Shown here: piece after piece, positions 8,471 through 18,135 of the stretch
Numbering within the stretch: position 1 is the stretch's first letter
Layout: every line of letters starts with the position of its first letter
Assembly (NCBI GenBank): GCA_046045965.1
Contig: JBJOKS010000001.1
Coordinates: 124,244 to 188,243 of the forward strand
Source: Cyanobacteriota bacterium
GTDB taxonomy: Bacteria > Cyanobacteriota > Cyanobacteriia > Cyanobacteriales > Nostocaceae
Direction: 5' to 3'
DNA length: 64,000 nt
The notes under the pieces: model-generated
Databases searched by the model: none
Seen by the model: only the letters and a program-made list of their open reading frames with translations
Told to the model about the DNA's origin: nothing
Made by a program: the position numbers and the translations under genes

Positions 8471-10060
8471 ATGAAAAAAATCTGGATAATTTGCGGTTTG
8501 GCTGTTTCCTGTTTAACTGTGCCAGTGTTGGCATCTGTAAAGTTTGGCGGTTCTCTAGGAAGCGGTGGTATTGATGCGCTGAAATTACATCAACCACCAT
8601 ACAATTTAACTGGCCGCAAAATTGCCATCGGTCAGGTAGAAATTGGTCGTCCTGGTATGTTTGGTTTAGATAAAGCGGTCTCTAAAAATCGTGCTATTTC
8701 TCCTATTGCAGTATTTTCACGCACTACACCAGCTAAGTCAAATACTGGTGTTGATCCCCATGCTTATAATGTTGCTGCGGTGATGGTCAGTAAAGATAAA
8801 GCTTGGCCGGGAGTTGCACCAGATGCAAGACTATATTCTTCTGCTGTGGGTGCTACGAGAAATATGGGTCAAGCGGAAGAATGTTTATCAGCGCAACATA
8901 TAGCATTACAAAACAGTGGTGATGTTCGTGCTATTAACTTTAGTTTTGGCGAACCTTTGAACCGTGATCCCAGACCAGAAGCGGTTTTAGATGGTCAAGC
9001 TTTACTAACTTTGTGTATTGATTGGTCAAGTCGGGTGCATAATGTGGTGTATGCGATCGCTGGAAATCAAGGTAAAGGCGGGATTCCCATTCCTACAGAT
9101 AATTTTAACGCAATTAACGTGGCTTTTTCATCACCAAGAGAGGGAATTTTTAATAAAGTTCATGTTTCTAATTTAGCAGGAAATAATCAAGGAGTAGGCG
9201 ATCGCTTAGTTGGTAAAGAATTTAATATTGGTGGACGCAGATCAGTGAGTTTAGTCGCTCCTGGTAGTAATATTCCTGTACTTAACCCGGATGGGAAATT
9301 GAATAAATCTACAGGTTCAAGTTTTGCCGCACCTCACCTTACAGCTACGATTGCATTATTACAAGAATTTGCTGACAGACAGTTAAGAATTAAACAACCT
9401 AATTGGACTATTGATGCGAGAAATCATCAAGTTATGAAAGCTGTATTATTAAATTCAGCAGAAAAAATTCAAGATAGTGGTGATGGTTTGCGGTTGGGAA
9501 TGACCAGAAATTTAGTTGATAAACAAAATCGAGATTGGTTTGTTTCTGATGCTTACAAAGACCCGAAAATTCCTTTAGATGATCAAATGGGAGCAGGACA
9601 TTTAAACGCTTTTCGTGCTTATCAACAATTGATGTTTGGTCAATGGCAACCAGCCGCACCTATTCCGCCTATAGGTTGGGATTATAACACAATTAATGCT
9701 AATTCTGCTCTAGAATATAAGTTAGAAAAACCCTTAAAACAAAATAGTTTTGTAGCTGTCACCTTAACTTGGGATAGATTAGTGGAATTAGATGATAAAA
9801 ATAAAAATCAACAATATGATGTGGATGAAAGTTTTATAGATAAAGGATTAAATAACCTCGACATTTATCTAGTCAAAGCGGACGATCCAAAAACAGAAAT
9901 TGCCAGTTGTGCTTCTGTGAGTGAAATTGATAATGTAGAGCAAATTTTTTGTCCTGTTCCTGCTACGGGTAATTATAAAATTCGTGTGCAGTTTAAACAA
10001 CAAGTCAACGAACCTACTCAAGCATACTCTTTAGCTTGGTGGACTGTTCCTGAAAATTAG
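8471..10060 (+). CDS. Secreted S8 (subtilisin-like) serine peptidase
   Basis: Signal peptide MKKIWIICGLAVSCLTVPVLA. Catalytic Ser motif GSSFAAPHLTA. Start set at ATG 8471 rather than the upstream TTG inside the repeat. Confidence 0.85.
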   Translation: MKKIWIICGLAVSCLTVPVLASVKFGGSLGSGGIDALKLHQPPYNLTGRKIAIGQVEIGRPGMFGLDKAVSKNRAISPIAVFSRTTPAKSNTGVDPHAYNVAAVMVSKDKAWPGVAPDARLYSSAVGATRNMGQAEECLSAQHIALQNSGDVRAINFSFGEPLNRDPRPEAVLDGQALLTLCIDWSSRVHNVVYAIAGNQGKGGIPIPTDNFNAINVAFSSPREGIFNKVHVSNLAGNNQGVGDRLVGKEFNIGGRRSVSLVAPGSNIPVLNPDGKLNKSTGSSFAAPHLTATIALLQEFADRQLRIKQPNWTIDARNHQVMKAVLLNSAEKIQDSGDGLRLGMTRNLVDKQNRDWFVSDAYKDPKIPLDDQMGAGHLNAFRAYQQLMFGQWQPAAPIPPIGWDYNTINANSALEYKLEKPLKQNSFVAVTLTWDRLVELDDKNKNQQYDVDESFIDKGLNNLDIYLVKADDPKTEIASCASVSEIDNVEQIFCPVPATGNYKIRVQFKQQVNEPTQAYSLAWWTVPEN

Positions 10061-10070
10061 ATATTGAAAT

Positions 10071-10110
10071 AGATACCCAATTGCTATGAGAATTTGGGTA
10101 TCTATATTTT
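10071..10110 (+). terminator. Rho-independent terminator
   Basis: Perfect 10-bp stem agatacccaa / ttgggtatct, followed by atatttt. Confidence 0.7.
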
Positions 10111-10264
10111 GGATATGTTACCTATTGAAACAAACCTGAGCTAAAAACCTGTTACCAAAACTGTAACCATTAAATGTTTATGTGCGGTATATGAGATAGT
10201 GAACATCTGACACATCATGAGCGTCTAACATCATAGACAGCTGAAACAACAAATGAGGTAGCAG

Positions 10265-10474
10265 ATGAACGTACACAAATTTAGTGCTGTGCAAGAAAAT
10301 TTCTTACAAAGACGGTACGGAGTGAGTTTAGGTAGACGCTACGTTTTAGCAGCAGCTAGTATTGTGATGTTGAGTGTACTTGGTTGTTCCCAAATTGATG
10401 ATAATACCGCATTAATCACTAAATCGCGTCTACCTAGTACCGAGTCTGAATTGACCAAAGATCATGGCTACTGA
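10265..10474 (+). CDS. Possible small lipoprotein (weak call)
   Basis: Lipobox-like segment IVMLSVLGCSQ. No other support. Confidence 0.25.
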   Translation: MNVHKFSAVQENFLQRRYGVSLGRRYVLAAASIVMLSVLGCSQIDDNTALITKSRLPSTESELTKDHGY

Positions 10475-10545
10475 TGATGTTTGTTGCTTCTGGTTTCTGT
10501 AAGGGTTTAGCAATGTTAAACCCCTACTGACTCCTGGAACTCCTG

Positions 10546-12354
10546 CTAATAATGTGAACCCGACTTGCGGTGGTTGATAGCAGTCACAGCATCAGGTTTG
10601 AGTAATTTACCGTTATCAACGGTTGCATATACTACCCAATGATCGCCACATTCCAGACGTTGGTTAACGGAACATTCCAAATATGCACAAGCATCGGTAA
10701 GCACTGCACAACCATTGTCTGCTTCGACTGTTTGGAAGTTAGCAAACCTGTCTTCTCCAGGAGCAAAATGCTTGCGGAAATGTCTCATGTAGTCTACATG
10801 AACACCTTCTGGAAGAATATTCAAGACAAACTTACCACCAGGATACATTAATGATTCAACAGCGCGATCCTTAGCGATCGCCACTGTAATTCCTGGTGGA
10901 TTAAAAGTAGCTTGAGATACCCAAGTTCCCAGCATTGCTGTAGAAACTTCACCTTGTTTAGCTGCAACCACACACACAGAACCAACTATTCTCCCTACTG
11001 CTTGTTCTGTAGGTGTTGCTGCTTGTTGGGGTACACGAATTTTCTTTGCTTTCTTCAAACTTTGTGCAAAGTCTGTACCCATCTCTTCACACATTTTCAG
11101 GGTGACTTCATCTGGTTTAAATTTCACTTTTAAAGTGTCAAAACCAAACCGATATCCAGCATCCCGCAGTTTACCTTCTACCAAGTCTAAAGCTTCTCCA
11201 CTCCAACCATAGGAACCAAACACCCCAGCTAGTTTACTATTGTCACCAATAGCTAAAACAATTCCTAAAGCTGTGTGTATGGGTGTGGGAGCATGGCCAC
11301 CAATGGTAGGAGTACCAATAATAAACGCATCTGCTTGTTCTACAGTGCTACGAATTTCCTCTGGGGGTGCAAATTCGCAATTAATAGATTTAACCGCAAC
11401 TCCACCTTTAGTCAATCCCCAAGCGATCGCCTGTGCTAAAGTTGCAGTGTTGCCATAAGCTGAAGCATAAAGTAAGGCCACAGATATTTCCCGATTCTTG
11501 TGGGAATGACACCATTCACCATAAGCTTTAGTTAGTTCAATTAAGCCAGTGCGTACCAATGGACCATGACCAACACCATACATTCTTACCTGCAAATCAG
11601 AGATTTTCTCTAAAGCAGCTTCGACATGAGTTGCATGGGGAGCCATCAAGCAATTAAAGTAATAATGCTGGTCTTCTTTAAAGGTTTCCGAATTATCATC
11701 AAAAACTTCATCACCGCAGATATGCACACCAAATAATTTATCTGTGTAGAGAATTTGGGTTTGTTGATCATAGGTGCAAAGTGCTTCTGGCCAACGGGGA
11801 CTAGGAGTAGGTAAGAATTTCAAAACATGACCTTTACCTAAATCTAAGGTTTCTTTACCCCGCATAATCAAAACTTTGATATCTTGATCTGGGAAAGCTG
11901 CACGCAAATTATTTGCACCGATTATAGAACAAACAAAAGTAATTTGCGGTGCAAGTTCTAACAGTGCTTTTAAGGTTGGTATGCGGTTAGGACTAAAATG
12001 ACCCAAAATCACATAATCCAACTTTCTAAAATTGATAGTATTCTGCAATGCTTCCAAATAAATATTTGTGAAGCTTTCCCCTGGAGGATCAATTAATGCA
12101 GTTTTATCGGCTTCTATTAAATAGCAATTTGCGGTAGTTCCTCGACAAAGTGCATATTCAATTTCAAACCGTAGACGTGACCAACTTCTCGCTCTGAGAA
12201 CTTTTGTGTTTGTAGCAATCGCTAGAATTTGTACGTCCCGTGGTTTGGAATCTGTCATAGATTTTTCTTGTGCATAAAAAACTTGAGCAACCCAATTTTT
12301 GGCTGATGTGAAAGCGTTAGAAACAGAATCAGAAAATGACATAGTATTTATCAA
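10546..12354 (-). CDS. flv1: Flavodiiron protein, Flv1-type (non-canonical diiron site)
   Basis: MBL-like, flavodoxin-like and C-terminal flavin-reductase domains. The diiron motif position reads GHFSPNRIP instead of HxExDH. The likely true start is Met at 12258 (MTDSKPRDVQ). Confidence 0.9.
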   Translation of the reverse strand: MINTMSFSDSVSNAFTSAKNWVAQVFYAQEKSMTDSKPRDVQILAIATNTKVLRARSWSRLRFEIEYALCRGTTANCYLIEADKTALIDPPGESFTNIYLEALQNTINFRKLDYVILGHFSPNRIPTLKALLELAPQITFVCSIIGANNLRAAFPDQDIKVLIMRGKETLDLGKGHVLKFLPTPSPRWPEALCTYDQQTQILYTDKLFGVHICGDEVFDDNSETFKEDQHYYFNCLMAPHATHVEAALEKISDLQVRMYGVGHGPLVRTGLIELTKAYGEWCHSHKNREISVALLYASAYGNTATLAQAIAWGLTKGGVAVKSINCEFAPPEEIRSTVEQADAFIIGTPTIGGHAPTPIHTALGIVLAIGDNSKLAGVFGSYGWSGEALDLVEGKLRDAGYRFGFDTLKVKFKPDEVTLKMCEEMGTDFAQSLKKAKKIRVPQQAATPTEQAVGRIVGSVCVVAAKQGEVSTAMLGTWVSQATFNPPGITVAIAKDRAVESLMYPGGKFVLNILPEGVHVDYMRHFRKHFAPGEDRFANFQTVEADNGCAVLTDACAYLECSVNQRLECGDHWVVYATVDNGKLLKPDAVTAINHRKSGSHY

Positions 12355-12482
12355 ATATTTTTGCTAGATAAATATCTGTTTGTTCATGAAAACTCAACAT
12401 GGAAATATTGGGAATTGATAATGGGTAATTAGAATAATTATTGATTACCTATTCCCAATACCAAGTCCCCAGTCCCCAGTCC

Positions 12483-14201
12483 CTAGTAATAGTTTCCTAC
12501 TTTGCGATGACGTACTGCTGTGACTGCTTCAGCTTTGGAAACTCTTCCATCTTCAACGATGCAATATAAAATCCAATGATCGCTACATTCCATGCTGCTG
12601 ACTACTTCACATTCCATGTATGCGAGTGCATCGGTTAAAATTGGTGAACCATTTTTAGCAGTTTGGGTTTTTACTCCTGCAAATCTATCCGCACCGGGAT
12701 GTAAACGCTTGAGGAAATGTTTTTTCAGGTCTTGATAGTTTCCTTCTTCGAGAACATTAAGAACAAAGCGATCGCCTATTTGTAATAAGTTATCAATCGC
12801 TCGATCTTTGGCTACAGCAATTGTGAATCCTAATGGCTGTAAACTAGCTTGTGTCACCCAAGAAGCTATCATTGCACCGCTAACATCACCTTTTTTAGCA
12901 GTGACAATATATAACCCACTACTAATTCTCCCTAACGCTTTTTCCATGTTCACGTCGAGAGATTTGATTTGTTTGATGTTGCGTTCTCGCACCACCAATT
13001 GTCCTAATTCTTTACCTGCTTCTTCACAATTTTTATAAATTGATTCACCAGGAATTTCTTTGATCCGAATTGCTGGAAATGCTTCTTTAATTCCTAAGTC
13101 AATAAATTTGCGACGTAGGGTATCAATGGGTTCATCATCACCACCATAGGATTCAAATAGTCCTACTACTTGCTTATTTTTGGCGACAGATAATAATGAA
13201 CTAATTCCAGCTTGTGCCACAATAGAAGAAGTAGGTGGCATTCCCATAATTAAACCAGATGCTCTACCTGCTAATTCTTGAATTTCTTGCAATTCTGCTG
13301 TGTTAAGATCAATTACTTCTACTCCCACACCAGCTTTTTGCAAACCATCACCAATTGCATGAGCTAATTGATCACTATAACCATAACCGGAAACATAAAA
13401 CAAACCAATTACAGTTTCTGCTTTGGCTTGTCTTTGACTCCAATTTTGATAATACTCGGTTAAAACATCAAGGTGATGGTATAGTAATGGTCCGTGTCCA
13501 TTAGCAATAATTTGAATTTTGCCTAAATCACCCATTCTCTTCATTGCATTCAATAAAGAACGAGCATTGGGTCCCATTAAGCAATCATAATAAAACCGAA
13601 AATCGGCTTCAATTGCTTCTAAATCTTCATCAAATGTGCGACTATCACAAAAGTGCATTCCAAACGCATCACAAGTGTAAAGGATTTGGGTTTTGCGATC
13701 AAAGCTGAAGATAGTATCAGGCCAGTGTAAATTTGGCGCACTAACAAATTCTATTTCATGTCCTGTACCAATATTTATGCGATCGCCACTTTTAACGATT
13801 CGTTTGGAAAAAGGATCATGTACCAAACCTTCCAAAAATTGCAATGCTACTTTGGAAGCTAAAACAGTCGCTCTCGGTGCTAACTGTAATACGTCTTCTA
13901 CTAAACCACTATGATCTGGTTCGGTGTGACTGACAATTATATAATCAATTGTCTTAGGGTTAACAAGTCCTTTCAGAGTGTCTAAATACAATTGACGAAA
14001 CTTCTGATGAGAAGTATCAATCAAAACAGTTTGTTCACCCCTAATTAAATAGGAATTATAGGTTGTACCATTTTGCAATCCAAATTCTATATCAAAGCGA
14101 TCGCGATCCCAGTCAAGAGAACGAATCGCTGTAGTATTAGGGGCAATTTCTACAGTTTGTATAGTTAACCTTGGTTCAATTTTCTCTGAGATCGCTACCA
14201 T
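12483..14201 (-). CDS. flv3: Flavodiiron protein, Flv3-type (canonical diiron ligands)
   Basis: SHTEPDHSG (HxExDH) motif, a flavodoxin-like core, and C-terminal flavin reductase (GLYIVTAKKGDVSGAMIASWVTQAS). Confidence 0.9.
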   Translation of the reverse strand: MVAISEKIEPRLTIQTVEIAPNTTAIRSLDWDRDRFDIEFGLQNGTTYNSYLIRGEQTVLIDTSHQKFRQLYLDTLKGLVNPKTIDYIIVSHTEPDHSGLVEDVLQLAPRATVLASKVALQFLEGLVHDPFSKRIVKSGDRINIGTGHEIEFVSAPNLHWPDTIFSFDRKTQILYTCDAFGMHFCDSRTFDEDLEAIEADFRFYYDCLMGPNARSLLNAMKRMGDLGKIQIIANGHGPLLYHHLDVLTEYYQNWSQRQAKAETVIGLFYVSGYGYSDQLAHAIGDGLQKAGVGVEVIDLNTAELQEIQELAGRASGLIMGMPPTSSIVAQAGISSLLSVAKNKQVVGLFESYGGDDEPIDTLRRKFIDLGIKEAFPAIRIKEIPGESIYKNCEEAGKELGQLVVRERNIKQIKSLDVNMEKALGRISSGLYIVTAKKGDVSGAMIASWVTQASLQPLGFTIAVAKDRAIDNLLQIGDRFVLNVLEEGNYQDLKKHFLKRLHPGADRFAGVKTQTAKNGSPILTDALAYMECEVVSSMECSDHWILYCIVEDGRVSKAEAVTAVRHRKVGNYY

Positions 14202-14597
14202 GATTCGTCTCCGAGTCCAAATAATATTTTCTTCTCCCCACCATTTTCTTCCTAAATTCTTTTTAAAGCTGTAATCAAGAATATATTTCGATAAATTGAA
14301 CTTGTATTAATTAATGCAGTTTTTTAGCATATTTTCTAACTAGGAAAATACACTAATTATTAATTATGTCAAAGGCAATACGGTTTAAATATTTATTTTT
14401 CTTGGCATAATTTAAAATCCCTAAATCATTATACATATCCTTTGATTTCTTGACAAAGAATTCGTTATAAAAAAAGGATCGATATAGTATTTCCTAATCA
14501 AATGATATGTATCATAGCCCCCTCCTGGCTTGCGGGTAGGGGGTTAGGATTCTATTTTGACATTTTTACAGTTAGTTCTGAAATCATTAATTAAATT

Positions 14598-17363
14598 CTA
14601 TTCATGTTGAGTCCAAGCTTTAACGCCTTCAATTAAAATACCAGCAGGAGCAAATATCACCTTTACTGTTTCAATACCGACTGCTGTTGCAACTCTACGT
14701 AAACGTATTTTTAGATTTGGATAATTTTTTATCGCTTGTTCAATCACTTGTTTATCTTTAAGTACAGGATGATTATCAACAGCTTGATTAACAATTAACT
14801 CAGCTTCGATTGGTGTTGGTTTATTTTGTTCTATTTGTTCAAGCAATTTTTGAATTACTGTTTCTACTTCAGCAATATTTTGTGCTGATGGATAATTGTT
14901 TTGAGTGCCAATGCTATCGCCTTCAACATTTCCTGCAACACTGCTACCAGTAATAGGTGCATTAAAATTCATTTGTACTTTAGGATTTTCTGACATGATT
15001 TTAAGAGTTTGATTGAGTGTGTTTATAGAATCAGTTAATGAATCGGTGTTAATCTCCTCTTCCAAAGGGGGAGAAGTTGCAATTATATAATTATAATATT
15101 CGCAGCGCCCTTGAATTGCTGAAATGACTTCCAGAAAGTTGTCCAGAGAATCATTGATTTCTGTTTTTAATAAACATAGAGACAAATAAGGCAGGAAATT
15201 ACAAGTACCAATATCTCTTATAGCACTGAAGGCATTTATACTTGTCCAAGAGTCTTCATCATCTAAACGTTCAATTATGGCATTAATTATATCATCACTA
15301 TTTCCCTTATCTTTTAGCCAATAAACAGCATCACGGCGAATACTAGGATCTTCACTTGTTAATGCCTCTTTTAGATAATCAATACTCTTGGTTTCATGAT
15401 TATATTTGTTACCACTATAAGCATAGCTAATTAATCTGGGTATTTGTCTAGGGATAGGAAAAATATTATCACCCCACACACTGTTATAAATTTCCCGATT
15501 AAGGTGAAAATTTTTTTGTGCCAAATACCTATCTAACTCAGAAATCTTCTGTTTATTCGTGATTTTTCCTAATACATAAAGTGATCTAGACTTGACGAAA
15601 ACATCTTGATATTCCAAATTTTCGATTAAAGTAGGAATTGCAAGTTCACTATTAATTTTCTCGAAAGCATAAATTACTTGAATGCGAACCATTTGACTAT
15701 CATCATTTGCCACTTGTAATAAGTAAGGAATAATTATATCAGTGCCAATAGCTTCTAAAGCATTAACCGATTTTCCTCTAATTGATTCTTCTTTATCATT
15801 TAAAGCCTTATCTAAAACAGGAATAGTTTCTTCAGTTCCTATTTTTTCTAGTGCTTCAGCTGCAAACCAACGAATCATTATATTTTCATCATCTAGAAAA
15901 TTTGCAATAAGAGGAATTGCATCATTTGATCGTGTAATTCCTAGAAGTTTAAGTTTTAGTGAAGCGAGAATGTTTTGTTGATTGATTAAGCTAATAGTTG
16001 CTTTCTGAATATCTGGCTTAACTGCTCCTGCCAACTTCGCACCCAAGAATAAATCAACATCTAAAGCTAAACTCACTATTTCGACCGCCTTTTTGTCTTT
16101 TACTTCAGGCAATGCTAACATCAAAGATAAAGGTTCTGTCCACTTCAAATAATTCAGATAATAATATTTCAACTGCTCAGGACTAATTTGGTCAAGTCGT
16201 TGCAGCAGACTTTCTGCGGCATAATATTCCTGAAGTAATTGATGACAAAATTCAATTTCGTCATTTTGAGGATTGCGTTGAATTAAGTGGTGCTTTAGCA
16301 AATCTTTTAGACAAATCTTCGCTAAACTTGCTGGTAACTCGTCCTTGCCTTGTAGAAATTCTCCAAAATTTTTTTCTGCTTCTTTTTCAGAAATGCTCAA
16401 ACGAAAATCTATAGGTTTATCAGCTTGCATCATTTCAAAAGCCAGATGTTCCAATAAACCAGACCACCAGCGACGGGACTTTTCGGTAACTGGGACATCA
16501 TCTTTAGAATTACGTTCATATAACTGGGTAAACTTCCGCAATGCCTCTCCGCTACTTAAAGGTACATCTTGCGTTTTCTGAAATATGAAATACAGCATCC
16601 ACATTATTAGCGGCGTTTGTCCCAATTCTCGCAAGCGATCGCGTAATTGTTGTAAAATTTCCCTAGTCTGCCCTGGCATACAATCATCAATAAATCGCTG
16701 CACCTCACAATTTGACAGGGGTTGCATTTCCAATTTCTTTTCAATCCCCAAATCATAGCCACCATCTCTTGTGGTGAATATCATGGGTGTATCAGAGTTA
16801 TCCCGACAGAAAAGTTTGATATTTGTCCGAGCATTATCGTCAGGTAATTCGTTAATACCATCCATTAACAACAAAAATTGCCCCTCGAATAATAAGTCTT
16901 CTAATGTAGAAATATCCAAACGTAACTTGTGTCGTTTCAGAAAAGCTTGCACTAAATCCAGGACTGAAGTTTTGTAATAATCTTTGTAATATCGCAACTC
17001 CACCAACACAGGAATCTGGCTTTGCTGATTTTGAAGTGCTTCTTTAGCTGATTCCACCAACAACCGCGCTAAAGTCGTCGATTTACCTGCACCTGGACGA
17101 CCTATCAACAACACAGATTCGTTGGCAGCATACTTACGCAATTCCTCCAAAACTGAGAGACGTTCTGGTTTTTCAGAAATTTCATTTTGTCGTTGTCTTG
17201 GCTCAATTATCTGCGCCATCAAGCCAAAATCAAACAGTGAGGATACATTTTCTCCATCTGCTTTTTGCAAATCTACGGTATTTGTTAGTTTATCTACTAG
17301 GCTCCACCACTGTTGATACTTCCTGCAAATAGATTCTAGATATCTCTGAAAATCAATGCTCAT
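14598..17363 (-). CDS. NACHT-family STAND NTPase with HEAT repeats and an unassigned C-terminal module
   Basis: Walker A GRPGAGKST and Walker B LLLMDGINELPDD. Multiple PBS-lyase-type HEAT repeats (IRWFAAEALEKIG, IRGKSVNALEAIG, VRIQVIYAFEKI, IRRDAVYWLKDKG). The last ~150 aa (NFNAPITGSSVAGNVEGDSIGTQNNY...) match no domain I recognise. Confidence 0.85.
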   Translation of the reverse strand: MSIDFQRYLESICRKYQQWWSLVDKLTNTVDLQKADGENVSSLFDFGLMAQIIEPRQRQNEISEKPERLSVLEELRKYAANESVLLIGRPGAGKSTTLARLLVESAKEALQNQQSQIPVLVELRYYKDYYKTSVLDLVQAFLKRHKLRLDISTLEDLLFEGQFLLLMDGINELPDDNARTNIKLFCRDNSDTPMIFTTRDGGYDLGIEKKLEMQPLSNCEVQRFIDDCMPGQTREILQQLRDRLRELGQTPLIMWMLYFIFQKTQDVPLSSGEALRKFTQLYERNSKDDVPVTEKSRRWWSGLLEHLAFEMMQADKPIDFRLSISEKEAEKNFGEFLQGKDELPASLAKICLKDLLKHHLIQRNPQNDEIEFCHQLLQEYYAAESLLQRLDQISPEQLKYYYLNYLKWTEPLSLMLALPEVKDKKAVEIVSLALDVDLFLGAKLAGAVKPDIQKATISLINQQNILASLKLKLLGITRSNDAIPLIANFLDDENIMIRWFAAEALEKIGTEETIPVLDKALNDKEESIRGKSVNALEAIGTDIIIPYLLQVANDDSQMVRIQVIYAFEKINSELAIPTLIENLEYQDVFVKSRSLYVLGKITNKQKISELDRYLAQKNFHLNREIYNSVWGDNIFPIPRQIPRLISYAYSGNKYNHETKSIDYLKEALTSEDPSIRRDAVYWLKDKGNSDDIINAIIERLDDEDSWTSINAFSAIRDIGTCNFLPYLSLCLLKTEINDSLDNFLEVISAIQGRCEYYNYIIATSPPLEEEINTDSLTDSINTLNQTLKIMSENPKVQMNFNAPITGSSVAGNVEGDSIGTQNNYPSAQNIAEVETVIQKLLEQIEQNKPTPIEAELIVNQAVDNHPVLKDKQVIEQAIKNYPNLKIRLRRVATAVGIETVKVIFAPAGILIEGVKAWTQHE

Positions 17364-17434
17364 ACATCGACGATAGGAAGGTAGGCGCTGTTTTCTATGT
17401 TACTCGATAAAATAAGCTGTTCCGCATTTAAACT

Positions 17435-17516
17435 GTATAACTTAAATAAGTCTAACTCTTGTGGGGTGGGCATCCCTGCCCGCCCTAATATTTAAATTAG
17501 ATGAGTTTTAGCTTAA
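17435..17516. repeat. ~82-bp dispersed (MITE-like) repeat, copy A
   Basis: tgtataacttaaataagtctaactcttgtggggtgggcatccctgcccgccctaatatttaaattagatga... is about 90% identical to 28503-28586 in the same orientation. The core recurs inverted at 7153-7179. Confidence 0.85.
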
Positions 17517-17588
17517 CTGTTGATTCACCCTCAAAAACAAAATCCACCCACACATAAAAGTGTAAGTGGACTTGTTAATCATTTAAAA

Positions 17589-17976
17589 TGGAGCTTATGG
17601 GAGTTGAACCCATGTCCAAATTGGGTATTAACCCACCGCTCGTTCACAGGTTTAGCCTTTCTGACCCTCAAGGCGGGAATCGTTCATTATCCCGAACGTA
17701 GGATGCTCTGATTTAATCTTAGTCAGCAAGCCAACCAGAGAACGCTTACTGAAGCATCCGTTGGGGTTAGGTCTCTAGTCCTTAACGGAGTCAAACTGGA
17801 GACGCTCGAACCTAAAAGAGGTTTCTTAGGCAGCTACTAGAGCTTCCCGACGAGCAAATTTTACGATATTGTTCGCATTTACTTTTTTTTCGAGTCTTTG
17901 ATTTCCGAGAGGAGACTCGCTCTCGACCTGAATCACAGAGAAGCTTTCGCCAACCTGTCGAAACCGTTAAAGCCCC
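17589..17976 (-). ncRNA. ssrA: tmRNA (SsrA)
   Basis: The minus strand starts GGGGCTTTAACGGTTTCGACAGG and ends ...ATGGGTTCAACTCCCATAAGCTCCA. The acceptor GGGGCUU/AAGCUCC includes G3:U70, there is a T-loop GGTTCAACTCC, and CCA is not encoded. Tag ORF 17826-17876 = ANNIVKFARREALVAA*. Confidence 0.92.
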
Positions 17977-18087
17977 ATGCGCTTTATATTTTTATTATAG
18001 TATGCCGTTTTGAAAATGTGTTGCCTAACAGAAAAAATTTTATTGTCATTGGTCATTAGTCATTAGTTGTTTCTTCCCCTGCTTTCT

Positions 18088-18135
18088 GTCCCCAGTCCCC
18101 AGTCCCCAGTCCCCAGTCCCCAGTCCCCAGTCCCC
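18088..18135. repeat. STRR1 heptamer array (CCCCAGT x ~6.5)
   Basis: Read directly. It abuts the stop codon of the 18135..19790 gene. Confidence 0.95.

Noticed and set aside
14202-14597. A heterocyst DIF1 (TCCGGA) promoter motif or a canonical NtcA site (GTA-N8-TAC) upstream of flv3.
   Set aside because: No TCCGGA is present. Only a weak GTA-N8-TAT near-match was seen, which is not enough to call.
17520-17711. A 63-aa plus-strand ORF.
   Set aside because: It lies on the antisense strand of the tmRNA gene's tRNA-like 3' domain. The tmRNA call explains the region.
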